Of a stretch of 60,237 nucleotides of DNA, positions 43,312 through 52,810 are shown piece by piece. The stretch comes from Gemmatimonadales bacterium (GTDB taxonomy: Bacteria; Gemmatimonadota; Gemmatimonadetes; Gemmatimonadales; GWC2-71-9), in NCBI GenBank assembly GCA_045803245.1, contig JBJMPK010000228.1, forward strand, positions 1 through 60,237, in the 5' to 3' direction. The notes under the pieces were generated by a model, which saw only the letters and a list, made by a program, of their open reading frames with translations, was not told where the DNA came from and did not search any database. The first letter of the stretch is position 1. Each line of letters starts with the position of its first letter. Position numbers and translations under genes: made by a program.

Positions 43312-43674
43312 ATGGACGCCCACGTGAGCACCGCCGCTCATTCCGAGCACTCCCATCCCAGTGCCGCCATGTATGCCAAGGTGGGCCTGGTGCTGTTCGT
43401 GCTCACCGCGCTCGAGGTCGGGTTGTACGAGATCACCTACGGAGACCACGCTGGACCGTTTTCGCAGAACATTATGCCGTTCTTCGTGCCGATGTTGTTG
43501 CTCCTGTCGGCCGCAAAGTTCGCGCTCGTAGCCATGTTCTACATGCACCTGAAGCAGGACAGCAAGCTGTTCACCGGGGTGTTCGTCTTCCCTCTCACCA
43601 TCGCCGCCGTCATCATCCTGGGCCTGATCGTTCTGATGTCCTATCACATGGCGTTCGCCCGGTCGGGGGGATGA
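43312..43674 (+). CDS. ctaF: Cytochrome c oxidase subunit IV (prokaryotic caa3-type small subunit)
   Basis: Start at Met45 of the track ORF. 120 aa with three hydrophobic helices. KFALVAMFYMHLK matches the family motif. Confidence 0.7.
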   Translation: MDAHVSTAAHSEHSHPSAAMYAKVGLVLFVLTALEVGLYEITYGDHAGPFSQNIMPFFVPMLLLLSAAKFALVAMFYMHLKQDSKLFTGVFVFPLTIAAVIILGLIVLMSYHMAFARSGG

Positions 43675-43683
43675 GGCGCTGCG

Positions 43684-43704
43684 CCAATAGCCAATAGCCA
43701 CCCA
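43684..43704. repeat. Heptamer array ccaatag ccaatag ccaccca
   Basis: Read directly. Ends 2 nt before the ctaG ATG (43707). Confidence 0.8.
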
Positions 43705-43706
43705 CC

Positions 43707-44504
43707 ATGGACGACCGCCCCCGACCTACCGTGCCGTACGAAGCGAGCTGGTCGCTTCATCCCAGCGTTCTCATAGGCACCGGGCTTCTCGGTGCCTTGT
43801 ACTTTTACGGCATTGGACCGATGCGCCGGCGGCTGGGCCTGGGCCCGCCTGCTTCACCGTGGCAGGTCGCCTCCTTCTGCGCCGCGCTGCTGGTGCTGCT
43901 GCTGTCGCTCAACGGGCCAGTGCACGATCTGAGCGATTACTACCTCTTTTCGATCCACATGGTCCAGCACCTGGTGCTGACGCTCGTCTTTCCGCCCCTT
44001 CTGCTGGCCGGCATTCCATCGTGGCTGCTGCGCCCGCTCGTGCTCCGGCCGGGGGTGTTGTCGGTGGCGCGGCTCGTAACCCGCCCGTGGGTGGCTGCCC
44101 TTCTGTTCAGTGTATCGATTGCGGTTTGGCACCTCGGGCCGTTTTACGATCTCATGATGCGGAGCCACGAGGTTCACATCGGTACCCATCTGATGTTCAT
44201 GGTCACGGCAACCATCATGTGGTGGCCGGTCATGAGTCCCATGCCGGAGCTACCCCGGCTCTCCCCCGGGATTGGAATACTCTACCTCTTCCTGGTGGGG
44301 ATTCCGATGCAGCTGGTAGGCGCCTTCGTCACCTTCGCCGACGACGTGCTCTATCCCTGGTACGTGGCAGCGCCGCGCACCTGGGGTCTCACGCCGCTCG
44401 ACGATCAGCGGCTCGGCGGGCTATTGATGTGGATTCCGGGGAACCTGTGGCTGTTCGGGGCCATCGCCATTCTGTTCTTCCAATGGGCCAAGCAGGATGG
44501 CTAG
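43707..44504 (+). CDS. ctaG: Cytochrome c oxidase assembly factor CtaG (Bacillus/caa3 type membrane protein)
   Basis: 265 aa, polytopic. HMVQHLVL and MWWPVMSP motifs are typical of the family. Last gene of the cox cluster. Confidence 0.7.
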   Translation: MDDRPRPTVPYEASWSLHPSVLIGTGLLGALYFYGIGPMRRRLGLGPPASPWQVASFCAALLVLLLSLNGPVHDLSDYYLFSIHMVQHLVLTLVFPPLLLAGIPSWLLRPLVLRPGVLSVARLVTRPWVAALLFSVSIAVWHLGPFYDLMMRSHEVHIGTHLMFMVTATIMWWPVMSPMPELPRLSPGIGILYLFLVGIPMQLVGAFVTFADDVLYPWYVAAPRTWGLTPLDDQRLGGLLMWIPGNLWLFGAIAILFFQWAKQDG

Positions 44505-44525
44505 CGGACTATTTGCCGCTACAGT

Positions 44526-44897
44526 TCATTGGCTCCTCCTGACCGACAGTAACAAGCAAAGCCAGCCCGTCAGAAAGGCCACACCGCCAAGGGGAGTTAT
44601 GGCGCCCAGCCACCGCACGCCGGTCAACCCGAGGGCGTAGAGACTTCCGGAAAAGAGTACCGTCCCCGAAACGAATAACCATCCAGCCCATACGGTAAGC
44701 GTTCCTGGCCACCGGGCTGAAGCCCAGGCGACAGCCAGAAGAGCCAGCGCGTGATACATCTGGTATCGCGCCGCAGTTTCAAAGATGGCGAGCGACGCCG
44801 GAGCCAGCCGGGCCCGGAGTGCGTGGGCTCCGAATGCTCCGGCGCCGACGGCGATGAAGGCGGAAGATGCGCCGAGAGAGAAGAAGAGCCGGTCCAT
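44526..44897 (-). CDS. DUF423 family membrane protein
   Basis: 123 aa. GAFGAH, YQMYHALALL and FSGSLY are DUF423 hallmarks. Confidence 0.75.
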   Translation of the reverse strand: MDRLFFSLGASSAFIAVGAGAFGAHALRARLAPASLAIFETAARYQMYHALALLAVAWASARWPGTLTVWAGWLFVSGTVLFSGSLYALGLTGVRWLGAITPLGGVAFLTGWLCLLLSVRRSQ

Positions 44898-45599
44898 CTA
44901 GGGGTGGGGCGAGAGTCGCTGAGCCGCGAGCTCTTGGGGTCTCGCGCGCCGGTCGGCCCATCCGGCCAGCACCGCCAGCACCAGGATCAATAGAATATCG
45001 CTCGCGGCCACAACCGTCATGCTGGGTGGCAACGGACCATAGGTGGCGGCGAAGTAGGTGCCGAGCAGCACCAGCACCACCACGGCGAGTCGTGCGATGC
45101 GAACCGGGTGGCGGTGCGACTTCAGCGTTGTGTACAGCGCCAGCCCGATGCCGAATACTAAAAGCTCGGCGACCACCGTTGCCGTGGGGTTGTTCCACAG
45201 CCCGAGCCCGATTTTGGGTGAGTCGTTGCCCAGGATCGGCAGGTCACGGACATGAACCAGTACGTCGAGCGGGTAGTGTGAGAACACTGCCACCGCCACG
45301 ATGGCGGAAGCCTGCCAGTGCCGAGTCGTGTCCCGCGTGGGCCAGGAGTAGTAGGCCGCCGCGGCTACGACGCTCCACGCGAACACGCCGATCAGACTAT
45401 GGGAGATGGGATAGTCGATGAACTCGAATGGTGTGACCGCTGTGGCGCCCGGAACGATCCTCGCGTGCTCCCACCCGAGCAGCACAAAAATTCCCCACAA
45501 CAGATCGGCCAGCTGAGCCGCAACGAACAGGGTACCGAGCGACAGCTTAGGCTCGGCGCGCTTCAAGGCGAAGGCAATACCGTAGTGGCCTAGGAACAT
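44898..45599 (-). CDS. Integral membrane protein, possibly YdjM/DUF457-like metal-dependent hydrolase
   Basis: 233 aa, about 7 hydrophobic segments, conserved His residues (MFLGHYG, PISHSL, FSHYPLD). The family assignment is tentative. Confidence 0.5.
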   Translation of the reverse strand: MFLGHYGIAFALKRAEPKLSLGTLFVAAQLADLLWGIFVLLGWEHARIVPGATAVTPFEFIDYPISHSLIGVFAWSVVAAAAYYSWPTRDTTRHWQASAIVAVAVFSHYPLDVLVHVRDLPILGNDSPKIGLGLWNNPTATVVAELLVFGIGLALYTTLKSHRHPVRIARLAVVVLVLLGTYFAATYGPLPPSMTVVAASDILLILVLAVLAGWADRRARPQELAAQRLSPHP

Positions 45600-45603
45600 G
45601 GCA

Positions 45604-45643
45604 GGGAAGCGGGGAAGCGGGGAAGCGGGGAAGCGGGAAGTAG
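45604..45643. repeat. Octamer array gggaagcg x4 + ggaagtag
   Basis: Four perfect 8-nt units immediately upstream of the start codon at 45599 (minus-strand gene). Confidence 0.95.
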
Positions 45644-45748
45644 ACGATCGGCCCTCTTCACGAGACCTCCATTCGGCTGTTGGACTCCAGCAACTCGGGG
45701 GAGAACATACGCCAATGTGCGGCCTGCGCCAATGAACGTCGCTGCTCT

Positions 45749-46594
45749 CTACTTCCCCGCCTCCCCGCTTCCCCGCTTACCCACTACCCCGCCTCCCAGC
45801 CAGGCCCCGCCATCCACCACCATGATCGCACCGGTAATCCACTCTCCGGCTGGGCTGGCCAGGTAAGTCACCATCTGGCCGATGTCCTCGGGCCGTCCCC
45901 AGCGGCCCAGCGGGATCGAGTCGGCGGCGTACCTCTCCATTCCGAACAGATCCGGCCCCGCGCTGCCGGAAGGGGTAAAGGCTTTCTTCACACCCTCGGT
46001 GGGGATCGGACCGGGCGCCACGGCGTTGACTGTGATGCGATCTGGAGCCCACTCGAGCGCCAGGGTTCGCGTGAGCGCATCCACGCCGGCCTTGGCAGCA
46101 GTGGCGTGCGCCATCAGCGGCCAGCCGCGGTAGTGCAGCGTCATCGAGATCGAGACGATGCGGCCGGCGCCTTGCGCCTTCATGACGGGATAGACCGCCT
46201 GGCTGCAATAAAAGGTGCCGTATAGGTCGGTTTCGATTACCGCTTTCCATCCGTTGGAAGAGAGCGTGGCAGTGGGTGCATAGAAGTTTCCGGCGGCGTT
46301 GTTGACCAGGATGTCCAGCCGGCCGTGCTCTTGTGCCACCCGGTCCACCATGCGTGACACCGATTCCGGCTCTCGTACGTTGACTTCAATGGCGCTCACC
46401 TTGGCTCCGCTCGCGCGCAGCTGCTCCGCCGCCGGGGCGAGATGCTCCGGCTTGCGGCTTGCGATGGCCACCGACGCTCCCGCCCGCGCCAGTGACGACG
46501 CGATGCCCAGGCCTATGCCAGTCCCCCCACCCGTGATCAGGGCTACCTGGCCCGCCAGCACATCCGGCCGGAAGACGCTGGCCGGTTGGCTCAC
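45749..46594 (-). CDS. Short-chain dehydrogenase/reductase (2,4-dienoyl-CoA/enoyl-CoA reductase-like)
   Basis: ITGGGTGIG cofactor motif and an SDR core. 4-nt overlap with the upstream crotonase gene. Confidence 0.8.
   Translation of the reverse strand: MSQPASVFRPDVLAGQVALITGGGTGIGLGIASSLARAGASVAIASRKPEHLAPAAEQLRASGAKVSAIEVNVREPESVSRMVDRVAQEHGRLDILVNNAAGNFYAPTATLSSNGWKAVIETDLYGTFYCSQAVYPVMKAQGAGRIVSISMTLHYRGWPLMAHATAAKAGVDALTRTLALEWAPDRITVNAVAPGPIPTEGVKKAFTPSGSAGPDLFGMERYAADSIPLGRWGRPEDIGQMVTYLASPAGEWITGAIMVVDGGAWLGGGVVGKRGSGEAGK
45752..45797. repeat. Octamer array cttccccg cctccccg cttccccg cttaccca ctaccccg (reverse complement of the 45604 array)
   Basis: Read directly. Overlaps the last 15 codons of the SDR gene (GGVVGKRGSGEAGK*). 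Confidence 0.9.
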
Positions 46595-47379
46595 GTACCC
46601 TCACTTCGGGCGGACGCACGCATGGTGAATGCCTCCAGCCGCAGGAGGAATTCAGGACCCTGCAAGGCCTGAAGCTGGGCGGCACCCTCGCTCGACAGGG
46701 CCTGTTCCAGCGCCCCAACCTCGGGGGCACGCAAGAGCCGCTTGATGGCCCGGATGCTGGATTCAGCGGAGGACATCAGCTCACCCACTATACGCAGCAC
46801 TCCTTCCTCCAGTACCGAATCGTCGATCACCTCTTCCACCAGTCCGATCGAATGCGCCGTCGCGGCGTCGAGCGTCTGGTTGGTCAGGAGCACGCGCAGG
46901 GCCCGGCCGACGCCGACCAGCCGGGGCAGGGTAAAGGTCGAGCCGCCGTCGGGCACCAGTCCCATTCTGGCGAACGCGGAGGTGAAACTCGCGCTGGATC
47001 CGGCGAGCCGCATGTCGCACGCCAGTGCAAGGTCGAGCCCGAATCCCGCGGCGGTGCCCTGGACCACGGCGATAACCGGGATGGCGCAGCGCACGATGGC
47101 GATCACTGCCGATTGAAAGTCGCTCAGACCGTGCTGCAGATCGGCGATATCGGGTGCCGTTTGGAGCGAGGTAAGCCAATGCAGGTCCAGGCCGGCGCAG
47201 AAATGCCCACCTGCGCCGGAGAGTAGGATGACTCGGGCTTCACCGGCCTCCTCGACCTGGTCGATCTCCTGCGCCAGCTCCCGGGCCAGCGCCGGGCTTA
47301 GCGCGTTCCGCCGAGTGGGCCGGCTCAGCGTCAGCCGGTGGATGGGACCGGTCCCCTGCGACAGCAACTCGTCAGACAT
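46591..47379 (-). CDS. Enoyl-CoA hydratase/isomerase (crotonase) family protein
   Basis: RPTRRNAL, FCAGLDL and AVVQGTAAGFGLDLALACD are crotonase-fold motifs. Confidence 0.85.
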   Translation of the reverse strand: MSDELLSQGTGPIHRLTLSRPTRRNALSPALARELAQEIDQVEEAGEARVILLSGAGGHFCAGLDLHWLTSLQTAPDIADLQHGLSDFQSAVIAIVRCAIPVIAVVQGTAAGFGLDLALACDMRLAGSSASFTSAFARMGLVPDGGSTFTLPRLVGVGRALRVLLTNQTLDAATAHSIGLVEEVIDDSVLEEGVLRIVGELMSSAESSIRAIKRLLRAPEVGALEQALSSEGAAQLQALQGPEFLLRLEAFTMRASARSEGT

Positions 47380-47393
47380 ATGGCTCTCGCTCG

Positions 47394-47945
47394 ATGTGTG
47401 CCGCTGACTCGCTTCTTCCCGGCGGGCCGATTCAGAATAGTATTATACGAAGAAGCTGGAGTTCACACCCGCGGGTCCCCCTGCCCGATCATATCAGCCT
47501 CGGCTTGAGCGCGGCCCAATTGGCACGCACCGATCCTACGGCACCAGACCAGGCAGCCGCCGCCCGCCAGCGGCGCGCCCTGGTTGTCGACGACGAGCCG
47601 ACCATTCGCTCGGCGCTGGTGCGGTATCTGAGAAAGCGGGGTTGGCACGCCGATGAGGCGGAGGACGGCAGGGCGGCGCTGCGAACGCTGGGGCGATCTT
47701 CTCCCGGGGATTATGGAGTGGTGATCTCCGACATCAGGATGCCACACTACTCCGGAGTGGAGCTCCACGACTGGCTGGCCGAACACCGTCCCGATCTCTT
47801 TGCCGGCCTGATCATCACCACTGCCGATCTGTCGGCGCCGAATCTGACTGACTTCGTGGCCCGGACTCCGAGGCCGCTCATCGAGAAGCCGTTCGAGCTG
47901 GCGGTATTGGCTCAGCTCATGGAAGCGGTCACCCGGGGACGGTAA
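47394..47945 (+). CDS. Stand-alone CheY-like response regulator; start uncertain
   Basis: ALVVDDEP, VVISDIRMPHYSG and IEKPF are receiver hallmarks. A ~60-aa N-terminal extension of doubtful reality. Confidence 0.7.
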   Translation: MCAADSLLPGGPIQNSIIRRSWSSHPRVPLPDHISLGLSAAQLARTDPTAPDQAAAARQRRALVVDDEPTIRSALVRYLRKRGWHADEAEDGRAALRTLGRSSPGDYGVVISDIRMPHYSGVELHDWLAEHRPDLFAGLIITTADLSAPNLTDFVARTPRPLIEKPFELAVLAQLMEAVTRGR

Positions 47946-47950
47946 GCTCC

Positions 47951-48853
47951 TCAGCTGCCTTCCCCGTCGACGACAGCCATTCCCATAGCGTGATAGCCGT
48001 TGTCCACGTATACCACGCTGCCGGTGATGGCGCGGGCCAGTGGGCTGCAGAGGAAGGCTGCGGTGCTGCCGACGTCGGTGGCGTCCATTGGCCGGGGCAG
48101 CGGCGAATTGCTTGCGGTGTACTTGATCATGGTATCGATGAAGCCGATGGCGCTTGCTGCGCGGGAGGCCCAGGGACCGGCGGAGATGGCGTTGACCCGA
48201 ACGCCCCAGCGGCGTCCCGCCTCGAACGCCAGAGTCCGAGTATCGGCCTCCAGCGCCGCCTTGGCCGAGGACATGCCTCCGCCGTATCCGGGGATTACCC
48301 GCTGACCCGCCATATAGGTCAAGGACAGAAACGCTCCTCCCGGCCGCATCAGGGGCGAGAGGTGACGCACCAGCGAGATGTTGCTGTACGCGCTGACGCT
48401 GATGGCGGAGAGATATCCCTGCCGGGAGGTGTCGACCAGCGGCGACTTGACCTCGGGCGCATTGGCCAGGCTGTGCACCACGATGTCGAGCGATTCCGGA
48501 CCGAAGTCGGCGCGGATCCGCTCGGTCATGCCCTGGATGCTGAAGTCGCCCACGTCCTTGTAGCGCTTGTTCTCCCGCACCTCGGCCGGCGTGTCGGCCA
48601 GGGTGTCGAACGCCGCGTCCAGCGGATAGATCCGCTCGAACTGCAGCCTGCCGCCATCGGCGAGCTGCATCGACTCATCCATTTTGCCGCGCTCGAGCAG
48701 CTTGGTGAAGATTCCGAGCGCGGGCGGCCAGCTCCCAAGGCATATGGATGCGCCGGCTTCGGCGAGCGCCTTGGCAATGGCGAATCCGAATCCTCCGTCG
48801 TCGGAAACGCCGGCCACCAGGGCACGTTTTCCGCTGAGGTCGATTGCAAGCAT
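47951..48853 (-). CDS. fabI: Enoyl-[acyl-carrier-protein] reductase (NADH), long FabI form
   Basis: GKRALVAGV.DD.GFG.AIAK, catalytic context YGGGMSSAKAALE, VNAISAGP. Confidence 0.85.
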   Translation of the reverse strand: MLAIDLSGKRALVAGVSDDGGFGFAIAKALAEAGASICLGSWPPALGIFTKLLERGKMDESMQLADGGRLQFERIYPLDAAFDTLADTPAEVRENKRYKDVGDFSIQGMTERIRADFGPESLDIVVHSLANAPEVKSPLVDTSRQGYLSAISVSAYSNISLVRHLSPLMRPGGAFLSLTYMAGQRVIPGYGGGMSSAKAALEADTRTLAFEAGRRWGVRVNAISAGPWASRAASAIGFIDTMIKYTASNSPLPRPMDATDVGSTAAFLCSPLARAITGSVVYVDNGYHAMGMAVVDGEGS

Positions 48854-48864
48854 GCGGTAAGCTA

Positions 48865-51408
48865 CTACTCCTCTCGCAGCACCTCCAGCGGAGCACGCCG
48901 CACGACATCCCGGCTGTTGGCCAGCCCCACGAGTACGGTGAGCGCCACCAAGGTCGCGCCGAGGGCTGCCACCCAGAGTACCGGCACCGAATAGCTGCTT
49001 CCGAACAGAAAGCGGGCCACTGCCCAGCCGGCGACTGCCGCCAGCACGCCGGCGACCGAGGCGGACAGCACTCCCAGCGCGAGATACTCCGCGAGGACCA
49101 CGCGGTAGACCTGGCTCCGGGTAGCTCCCAATGCCCGGAGCACAGCCCCTTCACGGATCCTTTGAAATCGGCTGGTAGCCAGGGCACCGATGAGTACGAG
49201 AGCGCCTACGATCAAGCTGAAAAGAGCCATGAAGCGGATGGCCAGCGCCACCCGATCGACCATGCGTTCGAGCGCTTCCTGGAGCAGTGAGAGGTCGAGA
49301 GTGGAGACGTTGGGAAATCGTTCGGCCAAACGGCGCTGAAAGCGTCCCCGGTCGGCGGCGCCCGCAATGCGGCTGAGAGTCACGTAGGTGTGCGGCGCGC
49401 CTTCCAGCGTTCCCGGTGAGAACACCACGAAAAAGTTCGGCTCGAACCGAGCCCATTCCACGTCGCGCAGGCTCGCCACCCGCGAGGCCACCGAGACCCC
49501 CTGCACGTCCCAGACGATTTGGTCGCCTACCTTCACTCCAAGCTCCCGGGCCACATCCTGCTCCACCGAGATCTGGCCGGGCCTTTCGTTTTTCTTGGTC
49601 CACCAACTCCCTTGGACCACTCGTTCCGAGGCGACCATCGTATCCCGATAGGTCGACCGGTACTCACGCCGGAAGGCCCAGGCGTTGGACCGTTCCGGTC
49701 CAGTGTCAGGGGAGCTATCAGCGAGGAGGGCGGCCACCGGATGTCCGTTGATCGAGCCGATCCGCATTGGGACGATCGGCGTGCGGTTAACACTGGGCAG
49801 GCCGGCGGCGTTGAGCTCGTGCTCGACTGCGGCGAGCTGGTCCGGCTGAATATCAAACAGCACCAGATTGGGGCGGGCCGGCCCGCCCGTGAGCCTCAGC
49901 TGACGGAGCAGGTTGTACTGGACCAGGTAGAGGGTCCCCAGCAGAAACGCTCCCAAGCCGATCGCGAGCACCAGAGTGACGGTCTGATTGGCGGGCCGGT
50001 ACAAATTGGAGAGCCCCTGCCGCCAGACGTAGGGCCAGCGTTGGGGCAGCCATCGACGCACCATTCTTACCAGGGCCCATGATGTTGCCCAGAGCACCAG
50101 CAAGGCAACGGCAATCGCGCCGGCGAAGATCGCACCCTGGCGCCAGCTCCCCACCTGAAGGCGGGCGAGCGCCACCGTGGTCCCGGCCAACGTAAGAGCG
50201 CCCAGCCACCACCAGCGGTCGCGCGGAGAGCGCTCCGGCTCGAAGGGGCGGCGCAGCGCCGAAAGCGGTGAGATCCGACGCACCGAGATGATCGGCAGAG
50301 CAGCAAAGGCCACTCCCGCCCAGAAGCCGGTTCCGATTCCCAACGCGACGGCATTCCAGGAGACTGCCGGAACGACATCGAGTGAAAGGAATCCGGCGAA
50401 CATCCCGGGTAACAGCTGCTGGAGGCCCACGCCTAAGGCCGCTCCCGCGATGCTGCCGACCAGAGCCATGGCGCCGGCTTCCAGCAGGTAAACCGCGAAG
50501 ACAGTCGCCGCCGTTGCTCCCAGACATCGCAGCACCGCGATGCTTTCCCTCCTCTGGCGGATGAACGCGGTAGCTGCACTGCCGAGCCCGATGCCGCCCA
50601 GCAACAAGGCAATCAACGCCACCAGTCCCAGATAGCCGGTGAGGCGGGTGAGAACATCGTTCAGACTTCGCTGATCGTCCGCCACGGTCCGGATTTGAAC
50701 CCGCTCCGGTGCGAAAACCCGCCGGTATCGGTCGGCCAACATCTGGGACGAGACCCCGGCCGGCAACTTCACGAACGCCTCGTACTGGACCCGTGCCCCT
50801 AAGCCGAGCAGCCCGGTTTGGCGAAGATATCGGGCCGGGATGTACACCCGGGGGCCGAACGCGAAACGGAGTCCGACGTCGCTGGGTGCGCTCTGAATCG
50901 TGCCGGTAATGAGGAACCGGGCATCCCCCAGCACGACGGTGTCGCCGATGTGCGCGCTCAGGGCGGTTAGAAGCGCGGGGTCGACCACCACGTGAGGGCC
51001 TGATTGCAGTTCAGCCCAGGCGGGACCTGGCTTCGTCGTGATCGAGCCGTAGAAGGGGAAACCGCCGAGCACGGCGGCAACCTGCACCAACCGGGTGCCG
51101 GCCGTGCGGGGCACGTAGGCCATGGCGGAGAAACTGGTCACTCGGGCTGCTGGCGACGCGCGGGACAACGTGTCGAGGACGGCCTCGACCTTGGCCGCGA
51201 ACGGCTGCCGGCCGGAGAACGAAAGGTCGGCGCCCAGCAGGACTCGCGCCTGCCGCCTGACCGAGTCCTCCAGGTTATCGGTGAAGGAGTTGATTGCCAC
51301 CAGCGCCGCCACCCCGACGGCAACCGTGCCTATCAACAGAAGCAGCCGGCGCGGCGTCGCCCGGAGCTCCCGGGCCGCCATCCGAAATGGAAAAGCCGCC
51401 CCGGTCAC
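48865..51408 (-). CDS. ABC transporter permease, duplicated FtsX-like domains (YbbP-like)
   Basis: 847 aa with two 4-TM FtsX-type modules separated by large periplasmic loops. 4-nt overlap with the ATPase gene. Confidence 0.8.
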   Translation of the reverse strand: MTGAAFPFRMAARELRATPRRLLLLIGTVAVGVAALVAINSFTDNLEDSVRRQARVLLGADLSFSGRQPFAAKVEAVLDTLSRASPAARVTSFSAMAYVPRTAGTRLVQVAAVLGGFPFYGSITTKPGPAWAELQSGPHVVVDPALLTALSAHIGDTVVLGDARFLITGTIQSAPSDVGLRFAFGPRVYIPARYLRQTGLLGLGARVQYEAFVKLPAGVSSQMLADRYRRVFAPERVQIRTVADDQRSLNDVLTRLTGYLGLVALIALLLGGIGLGSAATAFIRQRRESIAVLRCLGATAATVFAVYLLEAGAMALVGSIAGAALGVGLQQLLPGMFAGFLSLDVVPAVSWNAVALGIGTGFWAGVAFAALPIISVRRISPLSALRRPFEPERSPRDRWWWLGALTLAGTTVALARLQVGSWRQGAIFAGAIAVALLVLWATSWALVRMVRRWLPQRWPYVWRQGLSNLYRPANQTVTLVLAIGLGAFLLGTLYLVQYNLLRQLRLTGGPARPNLVLFDIQPDQLAAVEHELNAAGLPSVNRTPIVPMRIGSINGHPVAALLADSSPDTGPERSNAWAFRREYRSTYRDTMVASERVVQGSWWTKKNERPGQISVEQDVARELGVKVGDQIVWDVQGVSVASRVASLRDVEWARFEPNFFVVFSPGTLEGAPHTYVTLSRIAGAADRGRFQRRLAERFPNVSTLDLSLLQEALERMVDRVALAIRFMALFSLIVGALVLIGALATSRFQRIREGAVLRALGATRSQVYRVVLAEYLALGVLSASVAGVLAAVAGWAVARFLFGSSYSVPVLWVAALGATLVALTVLVGLANSRDVVRRAPLEVLREE

Positions 51409-52088
51409 GCGGCGGTGTCGGCCACGATTCTCCCGTCGGCCAGGCGGATGGTTCGACGGGCGCGGCGGGCCAGATCGGGATCGTGGGTGACCAGTACGAG
51501 GGTAGTACCCAGATCGGAGTTCAGCTCCACCATGAGGTCGATGATGGTAGACCCGGTGGCCGCGTCGAGGTTACCGGTGGGCTCGTCGGCAAAGAGAACT
51601 TTGGGCCGGCTGCTGAAGCCCCGTGCGAGCGCCACCCGCTGCTGCTCGCCGCCCGACAACTGCGCCGGATAGTGATGTCTCCGTCCCTCCAGACCCACCC
51701 GGGCAAGCAGCTCCCGAGCCCTGGTCGACGCATTGGCAGCGCCCCGGAGCTCGAGCGGCACTTGCACGTTTTCCTGGGCCGTGAGGGTAGGAATCAATTG
51801 GAACGCCTGAAATACGAAGCCTATTTTCGCCCCCCGGAGCCGGGCCCGTTCATCCTCGTTTAAAGCGCCGAGCTCCTGCCCGTCGAGTCGGACCGTGCCC
51901 GTCGTAGGCTGGTCCAGCCCAGCGAGAAGACCGAGGAGCGTGGTCTTTCCGCTTCCCGACGGTCCCAGGATCGCCAGAAATCCGCCTGGCTCAAGACTGA
52001 AGGTGATATCCTTCAGCACCGTGAGATCCCGGCCTCCCGAGCGGTAGGTCCGGCTGAGCGATTGGCTATGCAGCATGGCGTCAGGCAT
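51405..52088 (-). CDS. ABC transporter ATP-binding protein (YbbA/LolD-like)
   Basis: Walker A GPSGSGKTT, signature LSGGEQQRVALAR, Walker B VLFADEPTGNLD. Confidence 0.9.
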   Translation of the reverse strand: MPDAMLHSQSLSRTYRSGGRDLTVLKDITFSLEPGGFLAILGPSGSGKTTLLGLLAGLDQPTTGTVRLDGQELGALNEDERARLRGAKIGFVFQAFQLIPTLTAQENVQVPLELRGAANASTRARELLARVGLEGRRHHYPAQLSGGEQQRVALARGFSSRPKVLFADEPTGNLDAATGSTIIDLMVELNSDLGTTLVLVTHDPDLARRARRTIRLADGRIVADTAA

Positions 52089-52093
52089 TTGGA

Positions 52094-52765
52094 ATGATAG
52101 TCAAATCTGTTATCGTCTTCGGACTGGTCGCTGCACTCTCCAGTTGCGAGCAGCCGCGAAAGGAACTTGCGGCGGGGACCGAGCCTTCGGCTGAGAAGTC
52201 CGGCCTGCCCACGGTTCTCTTTCTGGGCACCAGTCTCACCGCCGGATTGGGTATCGACCCCGACCAGGCCTATCCCGCGCTGATCCAGCAAAAGATCGAT
52301 TCTGCGGCTCTCAGGTATCGGGTCGTCAACGCAGGCGTCAGCGGAGAGACCTCGGCGGGAGCGCTCCGGCGGACCGATTGGCTCTTCCGGCAGCCGGTAT
52401 CGGTTCTCGTGGTTGAAACCGGTGCCAACGACGGCCTGCGAGGCTTACCGGCCGACACTCTCCGCGCCAACATTCAGGGCATCTTCGACCGGGCCAAACG
52501 GCTTCAACCCCGGCCCAAGCTCGTGCTGCTGGGCATGCGAGTGCCGCCGAATTACGGCAAGGCCTACAGCCAGCGGTTCCAAGCGGTGTACCAGGAGCTG
52601 GCTCGGGCAAACGCTGCCGCTCTGGTACCGTTTCTGCTCGAAGGTGTGGGCGGGATTCCCTCCCTGAATCAACCGGACGGCATTCATCCTACGGCGGCGG
52701 GACAGCGAAAGTTGGCCGAGACGGTATGGCGGGTGCTGGAGCCGGTCCTACGAGAAAAACCGTGA
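52094..52765 (+). CDS. SGNH/GDSL hydrolase (TesA/arylesterase-like), secreted or lipoprotein
   Basis: Block I LFLGTSLTAG (Ser nucleophile), block III ETGANDGLRG, block V DGIHP. Divergent from the ABC pair, as in the tesA-ybbA-ybbP arrangement known from E. coli. Confidence 0.8.
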   Translation: MIVKSVIVFGLVAALSSCEQPRKELAAGTEPSAEKSGLPTVLFLGTSLTAGLGIDPDQAYPALIQQKIDSAALRYRVVNAGVSGETSAGALRRTDWLFRQPVSVLVVETGANDGLRGLPADTLRANIQGIFDRAKRLQPRPKLVLLGMRVPPNYGKAYSQRFQAVYQELARANAAALVPFLLEGVGGIPSLNQPDGIHPTAAGQRKLAETVWRVLEPVLREKP

Positions 52766-52797
52766 GCGGGAACTGCAAACAGCGTGAGCGGTAAGCG
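52762..52797. repeat. Composite GTGAGCG element (gtgagcg, 15-nt spacer, gtgagcg gtaagcg)
   Basis: Near-copy of the 28149-28183 element. The tesA-like stop TGA (52763-65) lies inside the first unit. Confidence 0.85.
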
Positions 52798-52810
52798 GAA
52801 TAAACCGATG

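Noticed and set aside
44502-44521. Short hairpin TAGCGG/CCGCTA between the convergent ctaG and DUF423 genes, as a bidirectional terminator.
   Set aside because: The stem is only 6 bp with modest GC content, and there is no T-tract on either side. This is too weak to call.
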